The notes beneath the pieces are model-generated. The model was not told where the DNA came from, ran no database searches, and saw only the letters and a program-made list of their open reading frames with translations. A DNA stretch of 58,283 nt from a virus: the IMG/VR virus record IMGVR_UViG_3300045988_158607; one strand, given 5' to 3'. Positions 8,276 through 17,437 of this stretch are shown piece after piece. The translations under genes and the position numbers were made by a program. Within the stretch, counting starts at the first letter, position 1. Each line of letters begins with the position of its first letter.

Positions 8276-9004
8276 ATGGGAAGAGTATCCATTCAAAAAT
8301 CGGGCTCATTTAGCTCAGGAACTAACAACGAATTTTTCGCACTTGGTGACCACGGCGACAGCGCAATTGTCACTCTTTTGTACGATGACCCAGACGGTGA
8401 AGACATTGACTACTTCGTAGTTCATGAAGCCGAAATTGATGGTCGTCGTCGCTACGTTAATTGCAACGCTATTGGCGACGATGGTGAGACAGTTAATCCG
8501 GATAACTGCCCAATGTGCCAAAATGGATATCCTCGTATTGAAAAGCTATTTCTTCAGCTCTACAATCATGACAGCGGAAAAGTTGAAACATGGGACCGAG
8601 GTCGTTCTTATGTTCAAAAAATTGTCACTTTCATCAACAAATATGGAAGCCTTGTGACTCAACCTTTCGAAATTATTCGTTCAGGAGCTAAAGGCGACCA
8701 GAGAACTACATATGAATTCTTGCCTGAGCGCCCTGAGGACAGCGCTACGCTTGAAGATTTTCCTGAAAAGAGCGAACTTCTTGGCACTCTAATTTTAGAA
8801 TTAGATGAAGACCAGATGTACGACGTAGTTGATGGACGCTTTACTCTTCAAGAAGAACGTTCTTCAAGTCGTTCTAATTCTCGTAGAGGTTCTTCACCTG
8901 CGCCACGACGAGGTTCAGGTCGGGAGGCTTCACAAGGTCGAACAGCTGAAAGAGCTCCTTCAGTTAGTCGAAGAACTCCTCCTACACGAGGTCGAGGATT
9001 CTAA
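8276..9004 (+). CDS. gp32-like single-stranded DNA-binding protein with a zinc motif and an R/S-rich C-terminal tail
   Basis: H-x12-C-x14-C-x2-C (VVHEAE...YVNC...NCPMC). The H-x12-C and CxxC spacing matches the T4 gp32 Zn site. Sits between the primase/sigma genes and the polymerase. Confidence 0.6.
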   Translation: MGRVSIQKSGSFSSGTNNEFFALGDHGDSAIVTLLYDDPDGEDIDYFVVHEAEIDGRRRYVNCNAIGDDGETVNPDNCPMCQNGYPRIEKLFLQLYNHDSGKVETWDRGRSYVQKIVTFINKYGSLVTQPFEIIRSGAKGDQRTTYEFLPERPEDSATLEDFPEKSELLGTLILELDEDQMYDVVDGRFTLQEERSSSRSNSRRGSSPAPRRGSGREASQGRTAERAPSVSRRTPPTRGRGF

Positions 9005-9007
9005 CAT

Positions 9008-9030
9008 GAGGGCGAAAGCCCTCTTTTATT
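9008..9030 (+). terminator. Rho-independent terminator or attenuator
   Basis: gagggc-gaaa-gccctc followed by ttttatt. Confidence 0.7.
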
Positions 9031-9055
9031 ATCTAAATTGAAGAAAGGAAATTAA

Positions 9056-11395
9056 ATGTCTCAAAAAGGACTTTTTGGCGCAAAGCCTCGTTCAAGTAAA
9101 AAGAATGACGCTCAATTATTAGCCCAAAGAAAAAATAGGAAGCCCGCAGTCGAAGTTACTTACATTTCAGGAAATGCTTTAAAAGACGCAGTTGCTAGAG
9201 CTCGTACACTTTCAAATAGAATTCTTGGACATGTTCTTCACAGGCTTGGATTGATTACAGATGAAGCACAGCTTGAGCAGTATGTTGAAAACATGATTGA
9301 GGACGGCATAGGAGCTATTGACGTTGAGACTGACGGACTTGACACTATACATGACGAACTTGCTGGAATATGTTTTTATTCGCCTAGCCAGAAGGGAATC
9401 TATTCTCCCGTCAATCATGTCAGTAACATGACCAAGATGCGACTTAAAAATCAAATCTCTCCTGCGTTTATGACCAAGATGTTGCAACGAATTGTAGATT
9501 CAGGAATTCCCATTGTTTACCACAATTCGAAGTTCGACTTGAAGTCAATGTTTTGGCGACTTGGAGTTGAAATGAATGAGCCGAAGTGGGACACCTATTT
9601 AGCAGCAATGCTTCTAAATGAAAACGAGTCTCACAGCTTGAAAAATCTTCATTCAAAATATGTTCGAAATGAGGAAAATGCAGAGGTTGCAAAATTCAAT
9701 GACCTCTTTAAAGGAATTCCTTTCAGTTTAATTCCTCCCGATGTTGCATATATGTATGCAGCATATGACCCTTTGCAGACTTTCGAACTCTACCAATTTC
9801 AAGAAAAATATCTAACACCTGGAACAGCGCAATGTGAAGAGTATAATTTAGAGAGAGTTTCTTGGGTTCTTCATAATATCGAAATGCCTTTAATCAAAGT
9901 CCTTTTCGATATGGAGGTTTATGGAGTTGACCTAGACGAAGCTAAACTGGAGGAAATTAGAGAGAAGTTTACTAATAGCATGAATGAAGCAGAAGCTGAA
10001 TTTCAACAGCTTGTTAGTGAATGGCAGCCAGAAATTGAAGAACTTCGACAAACTAACTTCCAAAATTATCAAAAACTTGAAATGGACGCAAGAGGTCGAG
10101 TAACTGTAAGCATTTCAAGTCCCACTCAATTAGCAATTCTATTTTACGACATTATGGGACTGAAAAGTCCTGAAAAGGATAAGCCTAGAGGGACAGGTGA
10201 AAGCATAATTGAGCACTTTGACAACGACATTTCAAAAGCGCTCCTAAAATATAGAAAATATGCAAAATTAGTTTCAACCTATACTACACTCGACCAGCAC
10301 CTTGCAAAACCTGATAATCGCATTCATACCACGTTCAAACAGTACGGAGCCAAGACCGGACGTATGTCAAGTGAGGGACCGAACTTGCAAAATATTCCAT
10401 CAAAAGGCAAGGGCGCAGTTGTTCGACAAATCTTTGCAGCAAGTCCTGGTTACTATATCATTGGTAGTGACTACTCTCAACAAGAGCCTCGCTCTTTGGC
10501 TGAGCTAAGTGGTGATGAAAGTATGCGTCACGCTTATGAGCAAAATCTTGACCTATATTCAGTTATCGGCTCGAAGCTGTATGGAGTTCCTTATGAAGAA
10601 TGTCTTGAGTTCTATCCTGATGGTACGACTAACAAGGAAGGGAAAACTCGAAGAAATTCGGTCAAGTCCGTTCTTTTAGGTCTTATGTATGGGCGAGGAG
10701 CTAACTCAATAGCTGAGCAAATGAATGTGTCAGTCAAAGAGGCGAACAAGGTTATTGAAGACTTTTTCAGCGAGTTTCCTAAGGTAGCAGACTATATCAT
10801 TTTCGTACAGCAGCAGGCTCAGGACTTGGGATATGTGCAAACTGCAACAGGGCGCAGAAGACGTCTACCTGATATGAGCTTACCTGAATATGAATTTGAA
10901 TACGTTGACGCCAGCAAAAACGAAGAGTTCGACCCTTTCAATTTTAGCGACGACCAGCAAATGAGTAACAGCGTTCCTGAATATATTATCGAAGAATATT
11001 GGGCTCAACTTGACCGAGCTTGGGGATTTAAGAAGAAGCAAGACATTAAAGACCGAGCCAAGCAAGAGGGAATACTTATTCGAGACAATGGAGGAAAGAT
11101 TGCAGATGCTCAGCGTCAATGTTTGAACTCAGTCATTCAAGGCACGGCAGCTGATATGACTAAGTATGCGATGATTAAAGTTCATCGAGATAAAGAGCTG
11201 AACGAACTTGGCTTCCATTTAATGATTCCAGTTCATGATGAGCTTCTTGGTGAGGTTCCTAAAGAGAACGCTAAAAGAGGGGCGCAACGATTGACCGAGG
11301 TCATGATTGAGGCAGCAAGGGATATTATTAGTTTACCAATGAAGTGTGACCCGAGCATTGTTGAACGTTGGTACGGAGAGGAGATTGAAATTTAA
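9056..11395 (+). CDS. Family A DNA polymerase (3'-5' exonuclease + polymerase domains)
   Basis: Exo I IDVETDGL. Pol motif A DYSQQEPR, motif B RRNSVKSVLLGLMYGRG, motif C VHDELL. The N-terminus carries QKGLF. Confidence 0.95.
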   Translation: MSQKGLFGAKPRSSKKNDAQLLAQRKNRKPAVEVTYISGNALKDAVARARTLSNRILGHVLHRLGLITDEAQLEQYVENMIEDGIGAIDVETDGLDTIHDELAGICFYSPSQKGIYSPVNHVSNMTKMRLKNQISPAFMTKMLQRIVDSGIPIVYHNSKFDLKSMFWRLGVEMNEPKWDTYLAAMLLNENESHSLKNLHSKYVRNEENAEVAKFNDLFKGIPFSLIPPDVAYMYAAYDPLQTFELYQFQEKYLTPGTAQCEEYNLERVSWVLHNIEMPLIKVLFDMEVYGVDLDEAKLEEIREKFTNSMNEAEAEFQQLVSEWQPEIEELRQTNFQNYQKLEMDARGRVTVSISSPTQLAILFYDIMGLKSPEKDKPRGTGESIIEHFDNDISKALLKYRKYAKLVSTYTTLDQHLAKPDNRIHTTFKQYGAKTGRMSSEGPNLQNIPSKGKGAVVRQIFAASPGYYIIGSDYSQQEPRSLAELSGDESMRHAYEQNLDLYSVIGSKLYGVPYEECLEFYPDGTTNKEGKTRRNSVKSVLLGLMYGRGANSIAEQMNVSVKEANKVIEDFFSEFPKVADYIIFVQQQAQDLGYVQTATGRRRRLPDMSLPEYEFEYVDASKNEEFDPFNFSDDQQMSNSVPEYIIEEYWAQLDRAWGFKKKQDIKDRAKQEGILIRDNGGKIADAQRQCLNSVIQGTAADMTKYAMIKVHRDKELNELGFHLMIPVHDELLGEVPKENAKRGAQRLTEVMIEAARDIISLPMKCDPSIVERWYGEEIEI

Positions 11396-12354
11396 TGCAG
11401 AAATCACTATTTTTAAAGAAGCCTGAATTGAAGGTCTGGGCTGGAAGGTCGTTTAGAAAGGTCACGATTGATGACTATGGAATTTTTCGAAAGTTTGCAA
11501 AGCTTCGAAAAAAGGTTTCATATTATGGCTCAGCTTCACACTTCATGCACTATTGGAATACAGGGAATTATCAACTATTCATCAACGTCGATTTTGAAGA
11601 AACAGGTGAGCTGATTCCCATTGCTAAGAAGTTCTCAAACGCTGTTCAGTTTCATATAGTTGACCCAATTTGTGAAAACTTCGAAACTATTATAGCCCTT
11701 TGCGAAAGTCTCAAAAAAGAGGCTGTGAAAGGGGTATTTGTTAGATACATATATGAGGAACAGATTGAACCTTATGAAAATTGCGAAGTATTTGAGAAGT
11801 ACGGGACAGTTGAAAAGGAATTCATTTATGACTTGAATGAGCAATCAAACCTGCCTGGCAAGAAATTCGCATCGTATCGAAAAAAGATAAATCAGTTCGA
11901 GCGGACAAATAATCTTGAAATAAGATTTTTGACAAAAGACGATGTTGAAGCAAATGAAAAATTCCTTGATGAATGGATTGAGGGAGTAGGACCAGACTAC
12001 TTTAGACCGTCAGTTGGAAAAGACCGACGATTGATTAGAATGTTCGCTCAGGGCGATGAGTGGGATTTCACAATCGGTGCATTTGATGGCGAGCGCCTCG
12101 TCGGTGTCGTCAGCTCGTCAATTGACCCTGATACTGGCACAATGTGTGGAATTTATTCGAAGTGTCTTCGAGGTTATGGAAATCTTTCACAATATCTTGA
12201 AAGACTTTCGAGCCAAGAGGGTCTAAAACGAGGAGCCGTCGTTGAGAATTATAGTAGTGCCTCAGGCTCAAGCGCTGGAATACGAAATCACAAATTGATG
12301 AGAAAGCCTTGTGACTTTTGGAATTTCCATTCTTTCAAATATGTAGGAGAATAG
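11395..12354 (+). CDS. DUF2156 / LPG-synthase-C-like tandem-GNAT-fold protein, paralog A
   Basis: EFIYDLNEQSNLPGKKFASYRKKINQF and the C-terminal G..AGIRNHKLMRKP match my recollection of the DUF2156 pattern (D-Y-x-Y..L..L.GKK....R..xN.F ... GL..fK....P). N-terminus is MQKSLF. Confidence 0.55.
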   Translation: MQKSLFLKKPELKVWAGRSFRKVTIDDYGIFRKFAKLRKKVSYYGSASHFMHYWNTGNYQLFINVDFEETGELIPIAKKFSNAVQFHIVDPICENFETIIALCESLKKEAVKGVFVRYIYEEQIEPYENCEVFEKYGTVEKEFIYDLNEQSNLPGKKFASYRKKINQFERTNNLEIRFLTKDDVEANEKFLDEWIEGVGPDYFRPSVGKDRRLIRMFAQGDEWDFTIGAFDGERLVGVVSSSIDPDTGTMCGIYSKCLRGYGNLSQYLERLSSQEGLKRGAVVENYSSASGSSAGIRNHKLMRKPCDFWNFHSFKYVGE

Positions 12355-12356
12355 GC

Positions 12357-13322
12357 ATGCAGAAATCGTTATTTAAGAATAAAGCTGAAACTCTTTCAGC
12401 TGGAAAAAGAACTTTTAGAGCCGTTACATTTGATGACCTTTCAATTTTTCAAGAGTTCAATCTTCAACGGGAGCGGATTGTTCAATTCGTATCTTCAAAC
12501 TATATGCTCCATTATTGGAATTGTGGAAATTATAGACTATTTATCAATGAGGATTGGGAAGCGACAGGCGAGCTGATTCCAATAGCTCGAAAATATAAAA
12601 ACGTCCCTCAATACTTCATTGTCGCGCCTATTGTTGAAGACTCTGCAACCCTTTCATTGATTTGTAAAGACCTTGAAAAATTGACAGCTAAAAGCGTTAG
12701 AATTAGATATATGATTCCAGAAGAAGCCGAGCTCGTTAATTTTGGAGACTTTTCAATTAGACGGCAGGGAGATAAGGAATATATCAATAACCTTGAAGAA
12801 CAGGTCCAGTTGAATGGAAGCAAATTTAAACGACTCCGTCAGGCTATTAGGCACGGTCAAAGACAGAATCCTAATATTGTTTTCAAGATAATGGAGCCTA
12901 GCGACACTGAAAGAGTTGAAAAATTTCTTAAAACTTGGCTCAATGTAAGAGGAAAAGATTATTTTAGACCTTCAATTGGAAATGATATCAACCAGATTAA
13001 CCTATTTAATCGTGACATGGGGCATACATTCTGTCTTCTAGCCCTTGATGGTGAAGATGTTGCGAGCGTGTATATGGAAGCCGGAGAGCCTGGAACTGAG
13101 TACTCATGTTGCACACTTGCAAAAACACTTCCTCAATATACTGACCTGAGCTATTGGACATTTTTAGAAGCTAAGAAAGAGGCTCTTTCAAGAGGCTTCA
13201 AAATCGAAAACATTGGAATGAGTTCGAGCCCTGGAGGAAAAGCATATAAGATGAGATGGAATCCATTTGATACTTATAGATTTTATGAGGCAATATATTT
13301 AGGAGAGAATAATGAAAATTAA
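12357..13322 (+). CDS. DUF2156 / LPG-synthase-C-like tandem-GNAT-fold protein, paralog B
   Basis: Clear paralog of 11395-12354: HYWN.GNY.LFIN, TGELIPIA.K and DYFRPS.G.D are shared. I chose the ATG at 12357 after a GGAGA RBS. N-terminus is MQKSLF. Confidence 0.55.
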   Translation: MQKSLFKNKAETLSAGKRTFRAVTFDDLSIFQEFNLQRERIVQFVSSNYMLHYWNCGNYRLFINEDWEATGELIPIARKYKNVPQYFIVAPIVEDSATLSLICKDLEKLTAKSVRIRYMIPEEAELVNFGDFSIRRQGDKEYINNLEEQVQLNGSKFKRLRQAIRHGQRQNPNIVFKIMEPSDTERVEKFLKTWLNVRGKDYFRPSIGNDINQINLFNRDMGHTFCLLALDGEDVASVYMEAGEPGTEYSCCTLAKTLPQYTDLSYWTFLEAKKEALSRGFKIENIGMSSSPGGKAYKMRWNPFDTYRFYEAIYLGENNEN

Positions 13323-13833
13323 ATTATACTCAATTTCATATATAGCATTAGTGGTTATTGCCAACCTTGTCACCATTTATTTCGAGCCATTAAATGTAGC
13401 AGGAATTCTAATCCCTCCAAGCAGTTGGTTTATGGGATTTACATTCCTTCTTATCAATCTAATTAGCAGGTACGAGAAGCCCAAATTTGCAGGCTCTTTG
13501 ATATGGGTGGGCTTATTCCTTACCTCTTTGATTTGCCTTATGCAGAACTTACCTCAATCGCTTGTCGTGGCTTCTGGGGTCGCATTTTGGATAAGCCAAA
13601 AGATAAGCGTTCTTCTATTTAATAAGTTGTCGAATTATTATCAGGCAGCTTGGGTCAATTCCTGCTCAAGTTTTGTCGGCTCAGTTATAGATGCAACTAT
13701 TTGGATTGCACTTGGGTTGAGCCCTTTGGGAATTGGAACAGTTGCTTATATCGATATTCCTTCAGCTGTATTGGGACAGGTTGCTGTTCAATTCATATTG
13801 CAGTCAATTGCTTCGAAATACTTGAAAAAATAG
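13312..13833 (+). CDS. YhhQ/DUF165 (VUT-family)-like membrane protein; putative 7-deazaguanine precursor transporter
   Basis: Multi-TM protein. ALVVIANLV...P...G and SQKISVLLFNKL...W..S...GSVIDATIW parallel the E. coli YhhQ pattern (Q..D..vFn.L...W...S..g..Dt..F). Confidence 0.55.
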   Translation: MKIKLYSISYIALVVIANLVTIYFEPLNVAGILIPPSSWFMGFTFLLINLISRYEKPKFAGSLIWVGLFLTSLICLMQNLPQSLVVASGVAFWISQKISVLLFNKLSNYYQAAWVNSCSSFVGSVIDATIWIALGLSPLGIGTVAYIDIPSAVLGQVAVQFILQSIASKYLKK

Positions 13834-13860
13834 TCGGGAACTTCCTGATTATTTTTTTTT
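13834..13860 (+). terminator. Weak rho-independent terminator preceding early promoter 2
   Basis: tcggga-act-tcctga (one G.U pair) followed by ttattttttttt. Confidence 0.45.
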
Positions 13861-13891
13861 CAAAAAAGTTGAAAATTTTTGTAAAAAGTGC

Positions 13892-13920
13892 TTGACTATA
13901 TTCGTTCATTATCGTATAAT
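13892..13920 (+). promoter_or_regulatory. Class I (early) promoter copy 2: TTGACT-17 nt-TATAAT
   Basis: ttgact 13892-13897, tataat 13915-13920. Conserved cassette flanks are present. Confidence 0.8.
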
Positions 13921-13950
13921 GTATTTATAAATAATAAAGGAGAACATGAA

Positions 13951-14166
13951 ATGAACACAAGACTTATCGCACTAAAAAGAATGGCAGATAACAAAGGACT
14001 TGAAATTTGCTTAAAAAGCCCAGAGGGGGAACAACTTGCAGTTCCAGTTGAACAAGCAATGAAATATGTAGCAATTAGAACATTTAAAATTCTGGCTGAT
14101 AAGGTAGAAGCGACAACGGTTCTAAAAAAGGATGAATATCTTTTCCATTTTGGCAATCTTGTTTAG
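13951..14166 (+). CDS. Small hypothetical early protein (71 aa)
   Basis: ATG at 13951 after an AAAGGAG RBS. The longer track ORF from 13888 would translate the promoter itself. Confidence 0.6.
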   Translation: MNTRLIALKRMADNKGLEICLKSPEGEQLAVPVEQAMKYVAIRTFKILADKVEATTVLKKDEYLFHFGNLV

Positions 14167-14180
14167 ACTGTTTTAATTGC

Positions 14181-14210
14181 TTAACAAAATAACTGACATT
14201 CGTGTATAAT
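14181..14210 (+). promoter_or_regulatory. Class II promoter: TTAACA-18 nt-(GTG)TATAAT, upstream of the que operon
   Basis: ttaaca 14181-14186, cgtgtataat 14201-14210. Confidence 0.65.
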
Positions 14211-14272
14211 ATATATGAGGCAGTTTTGTAGAACCTGACATCCTGCTAAATAAAAATAAAGGAGGCTCGAAC

Positions 14273-14794
14273 ATGAGTCAAAACACTACTCGAACAGACG
14301 CTGAATTGACAGGCGTCACACTTTTAGGAAACCAAGATACGAAATATGATTATGATTATAATCCCGAAGTTCTTGAAACTTTCCCTAACAAGCATCCTGA
14401 AAATAATTATCTTGTAACATTTGACGGATACGAATTCACTTCACTTTGCCCTAAAACTGGACAGCCTGATTTTGCAAATGTTTTCATCAGCTACATTCCA
14501 AATGACAAGATGGTTGAATCGAAATCATTGAAATTGTACTTATTCAGTTTCCGTAACCACGGTGATTTCCACGAAGATTGCATGAACATTATTTTGAATG
14601 ATTTGTATGAATTGATGCAGCCTAAGTATATTGAAGTGATGGGACTATTCACTCCACGTGGAGGAATTTCAATCTATCCTTTTGTAAACAAGGTCAATCC
14701 TGACTTCTCAAATCCTGAACTTGAACAGCTTTCACTTCAACGAAAAATGAACTTTTTAGGCAGCGTTCACACTTTGGGAAGAGCTATTCGATAG
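14273..14794 (+). CDS. queF: NADPH-dependent 7-cyano-7-deazaguanine (preQ0) reductase QueF, unimodular type
   Basis: Catalytic-Cys context [13 protein letters not shown] and the QueF motif [16 protein letters not shown]. Confidence 0.85.
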   Translation: MSQNTTRTDAELTGVTLLGNQDTKYDYDYNPEVLETFPNKHPENNYLVTFDGYEFTSLCPKTGQPDFANVFISYIPNDKMVESKSLKLYLFSFRNHGDFHEDCMNIILNDLYELMQPKYIEVMGLFTPRGGISIYPFVNKVNPDFSNPELEQLSLQRKMNFLGSVHTLGRAIR

Positions 14795-14803
14795 GAGGTT
14801 GAA

Positions 14804-15490
14804 ATGAAATCAGTCGTTTTATTGTCAGGCGGAGTTGACTCTGCTACCTGCTTAGCAATCGAAGTTGATAAATGGGGAGCTAAAAATGTTCACGCAATTG
14901 CATTCAACTATGGGCAAAAGCATGAAGCTGAACTTGAAAATGCTGCTAATGTTGCAATGTTTTATGGAGTGAAATTTTCAGTTCTTGAAATTGACTCGAA
15001 AATTTACTCAAGCTCTAACTCTTCTCTTCTAAAGGGAAAAGGTGAAATTTCGCACGGCAAAACCTATGCAGAAATTTTAGAAGAAAAAGAAGTTGTCGAC
15101 ACCTATGTCCCATTTAGAAATGGATTAATGCTTTCACAGGCTGCTGCTTACGCTTACTCAGTGGGAGCTGATATCGTAGTATATGGAGCCCACGCAGACG
15201 ATGCAGCAGGGGACGCATACCCCGATTGCACTCCAGCTTTCTATCATTTTATGGATAAGGCAATTTACTTTGGAACTGGTCAAAAAGTTCATCTTCAAGC
15301 TCCATTGCTTACCTTGTCGAAATCGCAGGTTGTGAAATGGGGACTTGAGCTTGACGTTCCTTACTTCCTAACTCGTTCATGTTACGAAAGTTCAAATGAA
15401 AGTTGTGGAACTTGCGCAACTTGTATTGACCGCAAAAAGGCATTCACTGAAAATGGGATGACCGACCCTATACATTACAAGGAGAACTGA
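14804..15490 (+). CDS. queC: 7-cyano-7-deazaguanine synthase QueC
   Basis: PP-loop LLSGGVDS. C-terminal Zn cluster CYESSNESCGTCATC. Confidence 0.9.
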   Translation: MKSVVLLSGGVDSATCLAIEVDKWGAKNVHAIAFNYGQKHEAELENAANVAMFYGVKFSVLEIDSKIYSSSNSSLLKGKGEISHGKTYAEILEEKEVVDTYVPFRNGLMLSQAAAYAYSVGADIVVYGAHADDAAGDAYPDCTPAFYHFMDKAIYFGTGQKVHLQAPLLTLSKSQVVKWGLELDVPYFLTRSCYESSNESCGTCATCIDRKKAFTENGMTDPIHYKEN

Positions 15491-15491
15491 T

Positions 15492-16007
15492 ATGAAAGTT
15501 TCGAAAACATTAACATTCGACGCAGCTCATCAATTAGTTGGGCATTTTGGGAAATGTGCAAATTTGCATGGACATACTTACAAGGTCGAAATTTCACTAG
15601 CTGGAGAAACGGTTCAACACGGTTCTAGCAAAGGCATGGTCGTTGACTTCTATCATGTTAAGAAGATAGCTGGAAAATTTGTCGACAGGCTTGACCATGC
15701 TGTCCTACTTCAAGGCAACGAGCCTATCTTCCTGAAAGATGCAGTTGATACGAAGCGTGTCATCTTTGGTTTTAGAACCACGGCAGAGAATATGTCAAGA
15801 TTTCTTACTTGGACACTTACTGAGCTCATGTGGCAATACGCTCGTATCGATTCAATTAAACTTTGGGAAACTCCTTCAGGTTGTGCAGAATGTTCGTATT
15901 ATGAAGTTTTCACAGATGAGGAAGTTGAAGTGTTCAAGAACGTGAAATTTATAGAAGGCGACAGCGAGGTTACTGTTCGAGACCTTTTGGGAGGAGAGCA
16001 TGGTTAA
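15492..16007 (+). CDS. queD: 6-carboxy-5,6,7,8-tetrahydropterin synthase QueD
   Basis: FDAAHQL...C.NLHGHTY zinc/His motif typical of PTPS/QueD. Confidence 0.85.
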   Translation: MKVSKTLTFDAAHQLVGHFGKCANLHGHTYKVEISLAGETVQHGSSKGMVVDFYHVKKIAGKFVDRLDHAVLLQGNEPIFLKDAVDTKRVIFGFRTTAENMSRFLTWTLTELMWQYARIDSIKLWETPSGCAECSYYEVFTDEEVEVFKNVKFIEGDSEVTVRDLLGGEHG

Positions 16008-16794
16008 TCAGTACAATCAGCCTGAGAGGGGAAAAATTCGAATAAATGTTCGTGACCCTGAAAAAATGCCCATCATGGAAATCTTCGGTCCTACAATTCA
16101 GGGCGAAGGAATGGTTATTGGTCAAAAAACCATCTTTATTAGAACAGGTGGATGCGACTATCATTGTAACTGGTGCGACTCTGCATTCACTTGGAATGGA
16201 ACTACTGAGCCTGAATACATTACAGGTGAAGAAGCTGCTAGCCGAATTTTGAAACTAGCTTTCAATAAAAACGGCGAACAGATTTGCAACCATGTTACCC
16301 TGACAGGAGGAAATCCTGCCTTAATAAATGAGCCTATGAGCAAAATGATTTCAATTTTGAAAGAAAGGGGATTTAAGTTCGGGCTTGAGACTCAAGGAAC
16401 TAGATTTCAAGAATGGTTCAAGAATGTCAGCGACATCACTATTAGTCCAAAACCTCCTTCAAGTGGAATGCGAACTAATATGAAAATTCTTGAAGCGATT
16501 GTAGATAGGCTGAACAGTGAGAACCTTGACTGGTCATTCAAGATTGTTATTTTCGACGAGAATGACCTAGCTTACGCTCGAGATATGTTCAAGACCTTTG
16601 AAGATAAGTTGCCTGAGGTTAATTATCTTTCTGTCGGGAATGCTAACGCTTACGAAGAAGGGAAGATAAGTGACAGGCTTCTTGAAAAGTTGGGATGGCT
16701 TTGGGATAAAGTGTATGAAGACCCTGCTTTTAACAATGTTCGACCATTGCCTCAGCTTCATACACTTGTTTACGATAATAAAAGAGGAGTATAG
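16000..16794 (+). CDS. queE: 7-carboxy-7-deazaguanine synthase QueE (radical SAM)
   Basis: FGPTIQGEG and the cluster motif GGCDYHCNWCDS. Confidence 0.9.
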   Translation: MVNQYNQPERGKIRINVRDPEKMPIMEIFGPTIQGEGMVIGQKTIFIRTGGCDYHCNWCDSAFTWNGTTEPEYITGEEAASRILKLAFNKNGEQICNHVTLTGGNPALINEPMSKMISILKERGFKFGLETQGTRFQEWFKNVSDITISPKPPSSGMRTNMKILEAIVDRLNSENLDWSFKIVIFDENDLAYARDMFKTFEDKLPEVNYLSVGNANAYEEGKISDRLLEKLGWLWDKVYEDPAFNNVRPLPQLHTLVYDNKRGV

Positions 16795-16795
16795 A

Positions 16796-17428
16796 ATGAA
16801 AATTGAACAACTAGATAAAATTGGTGAACTATTAGGAAGAGAAAATGGCTTTTCTTCCCTCAAGACAACTGAAATTGTCGCACTTGACAACACTGAGTCA
16901 GCTATTCAAATTCTATTTGGATTATTGGGCGAAGACTCTAAACGCGATGGTCTACAAGAGACACCTTTCAGGTTCGTGAAAGCACTGGCTGAGCATACCG
17001 TAGGATATAGAGAAGACCCTAAACTGCACCTAGAAAAGACCTTCGATGTTGACCATGAAGACCTTGTTCTTGTAAAGGACATTCCTTTCAACTCGCTGTG
17101 CGAACACCATCTTGCGCCATTTGTAGGAAAGGTGCATATTGCATATATTCCTAAAGACAAGATTACAGGGCTTTCAAAATTCGGTCGCGTAGTTGAGGGA
17201 TATGCTAAACGACTTCAAGTTCAAGAACGTCTTACTCAACAAATAGCTGACGCCATTCAGGAAGTTCTCAATCCTCAAGCTGTTGCAGTTATTATCGAGG
17301 CTGAGCATACTTGTATGAGCGGACGTGGAATTAAGAAACATGGAGCGACTACGGTAACTTCAACAATGCGAGGTCTTTTCCAAAATGACGCATCAGCTCG
17401 AGCTGAGTTGATGCAGCTTATTAAGTAG
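16796..17428 (+). CDS. folE: GTP cyclohydrolase I (FolE)
   Basis: GLQETPFR, FNSLCEHHLAPF, GLSKFGR.V...A.RLQVQERLT. ATG at 16796 after a GAGGAG RBS. Confidence 0.9.
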   Translation: MKIEQLDKIGELLGRENGFSSLKTTEIVALDNTESAIQILFGLLGEDSKRDGLQETPFRFVKALAEHTVGYREDPKLHLEKTFDVDHEDLVLVKDIPFNSLCEHHLAPFVGKVHIAYIPKDKITGLSKFGRVVEGYAKRLQVQERLTQQIADAIQEVLNPQAVAVIIEAEHTCMSGRGIKKHGATTVTSTMRGLFQNDASARAELMQLIK

Positions 17429-17437
17429 GAGGCGAAG

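Noticed and set aside
13888-13950. N-terminal extensions MLDYIRSLSYNV... (13888) and MLDFIRSLSYNI... (31488, minus strand) that look like a conserved peptide
   Set aside because: The apparent conservation is simply the translated class I promoter cassette (gcttgact...tatcgtataat). The real starts, with RBS, are at 13951 and 31419.
17429-17437. preQ1-II riboswitch upstream of queT (its usual location in Streptococcaceae)
   Set aside because: Only 9 nt separate folE from queT, which leaves no room for an aptamer. queT is co-transcribed within the operon.
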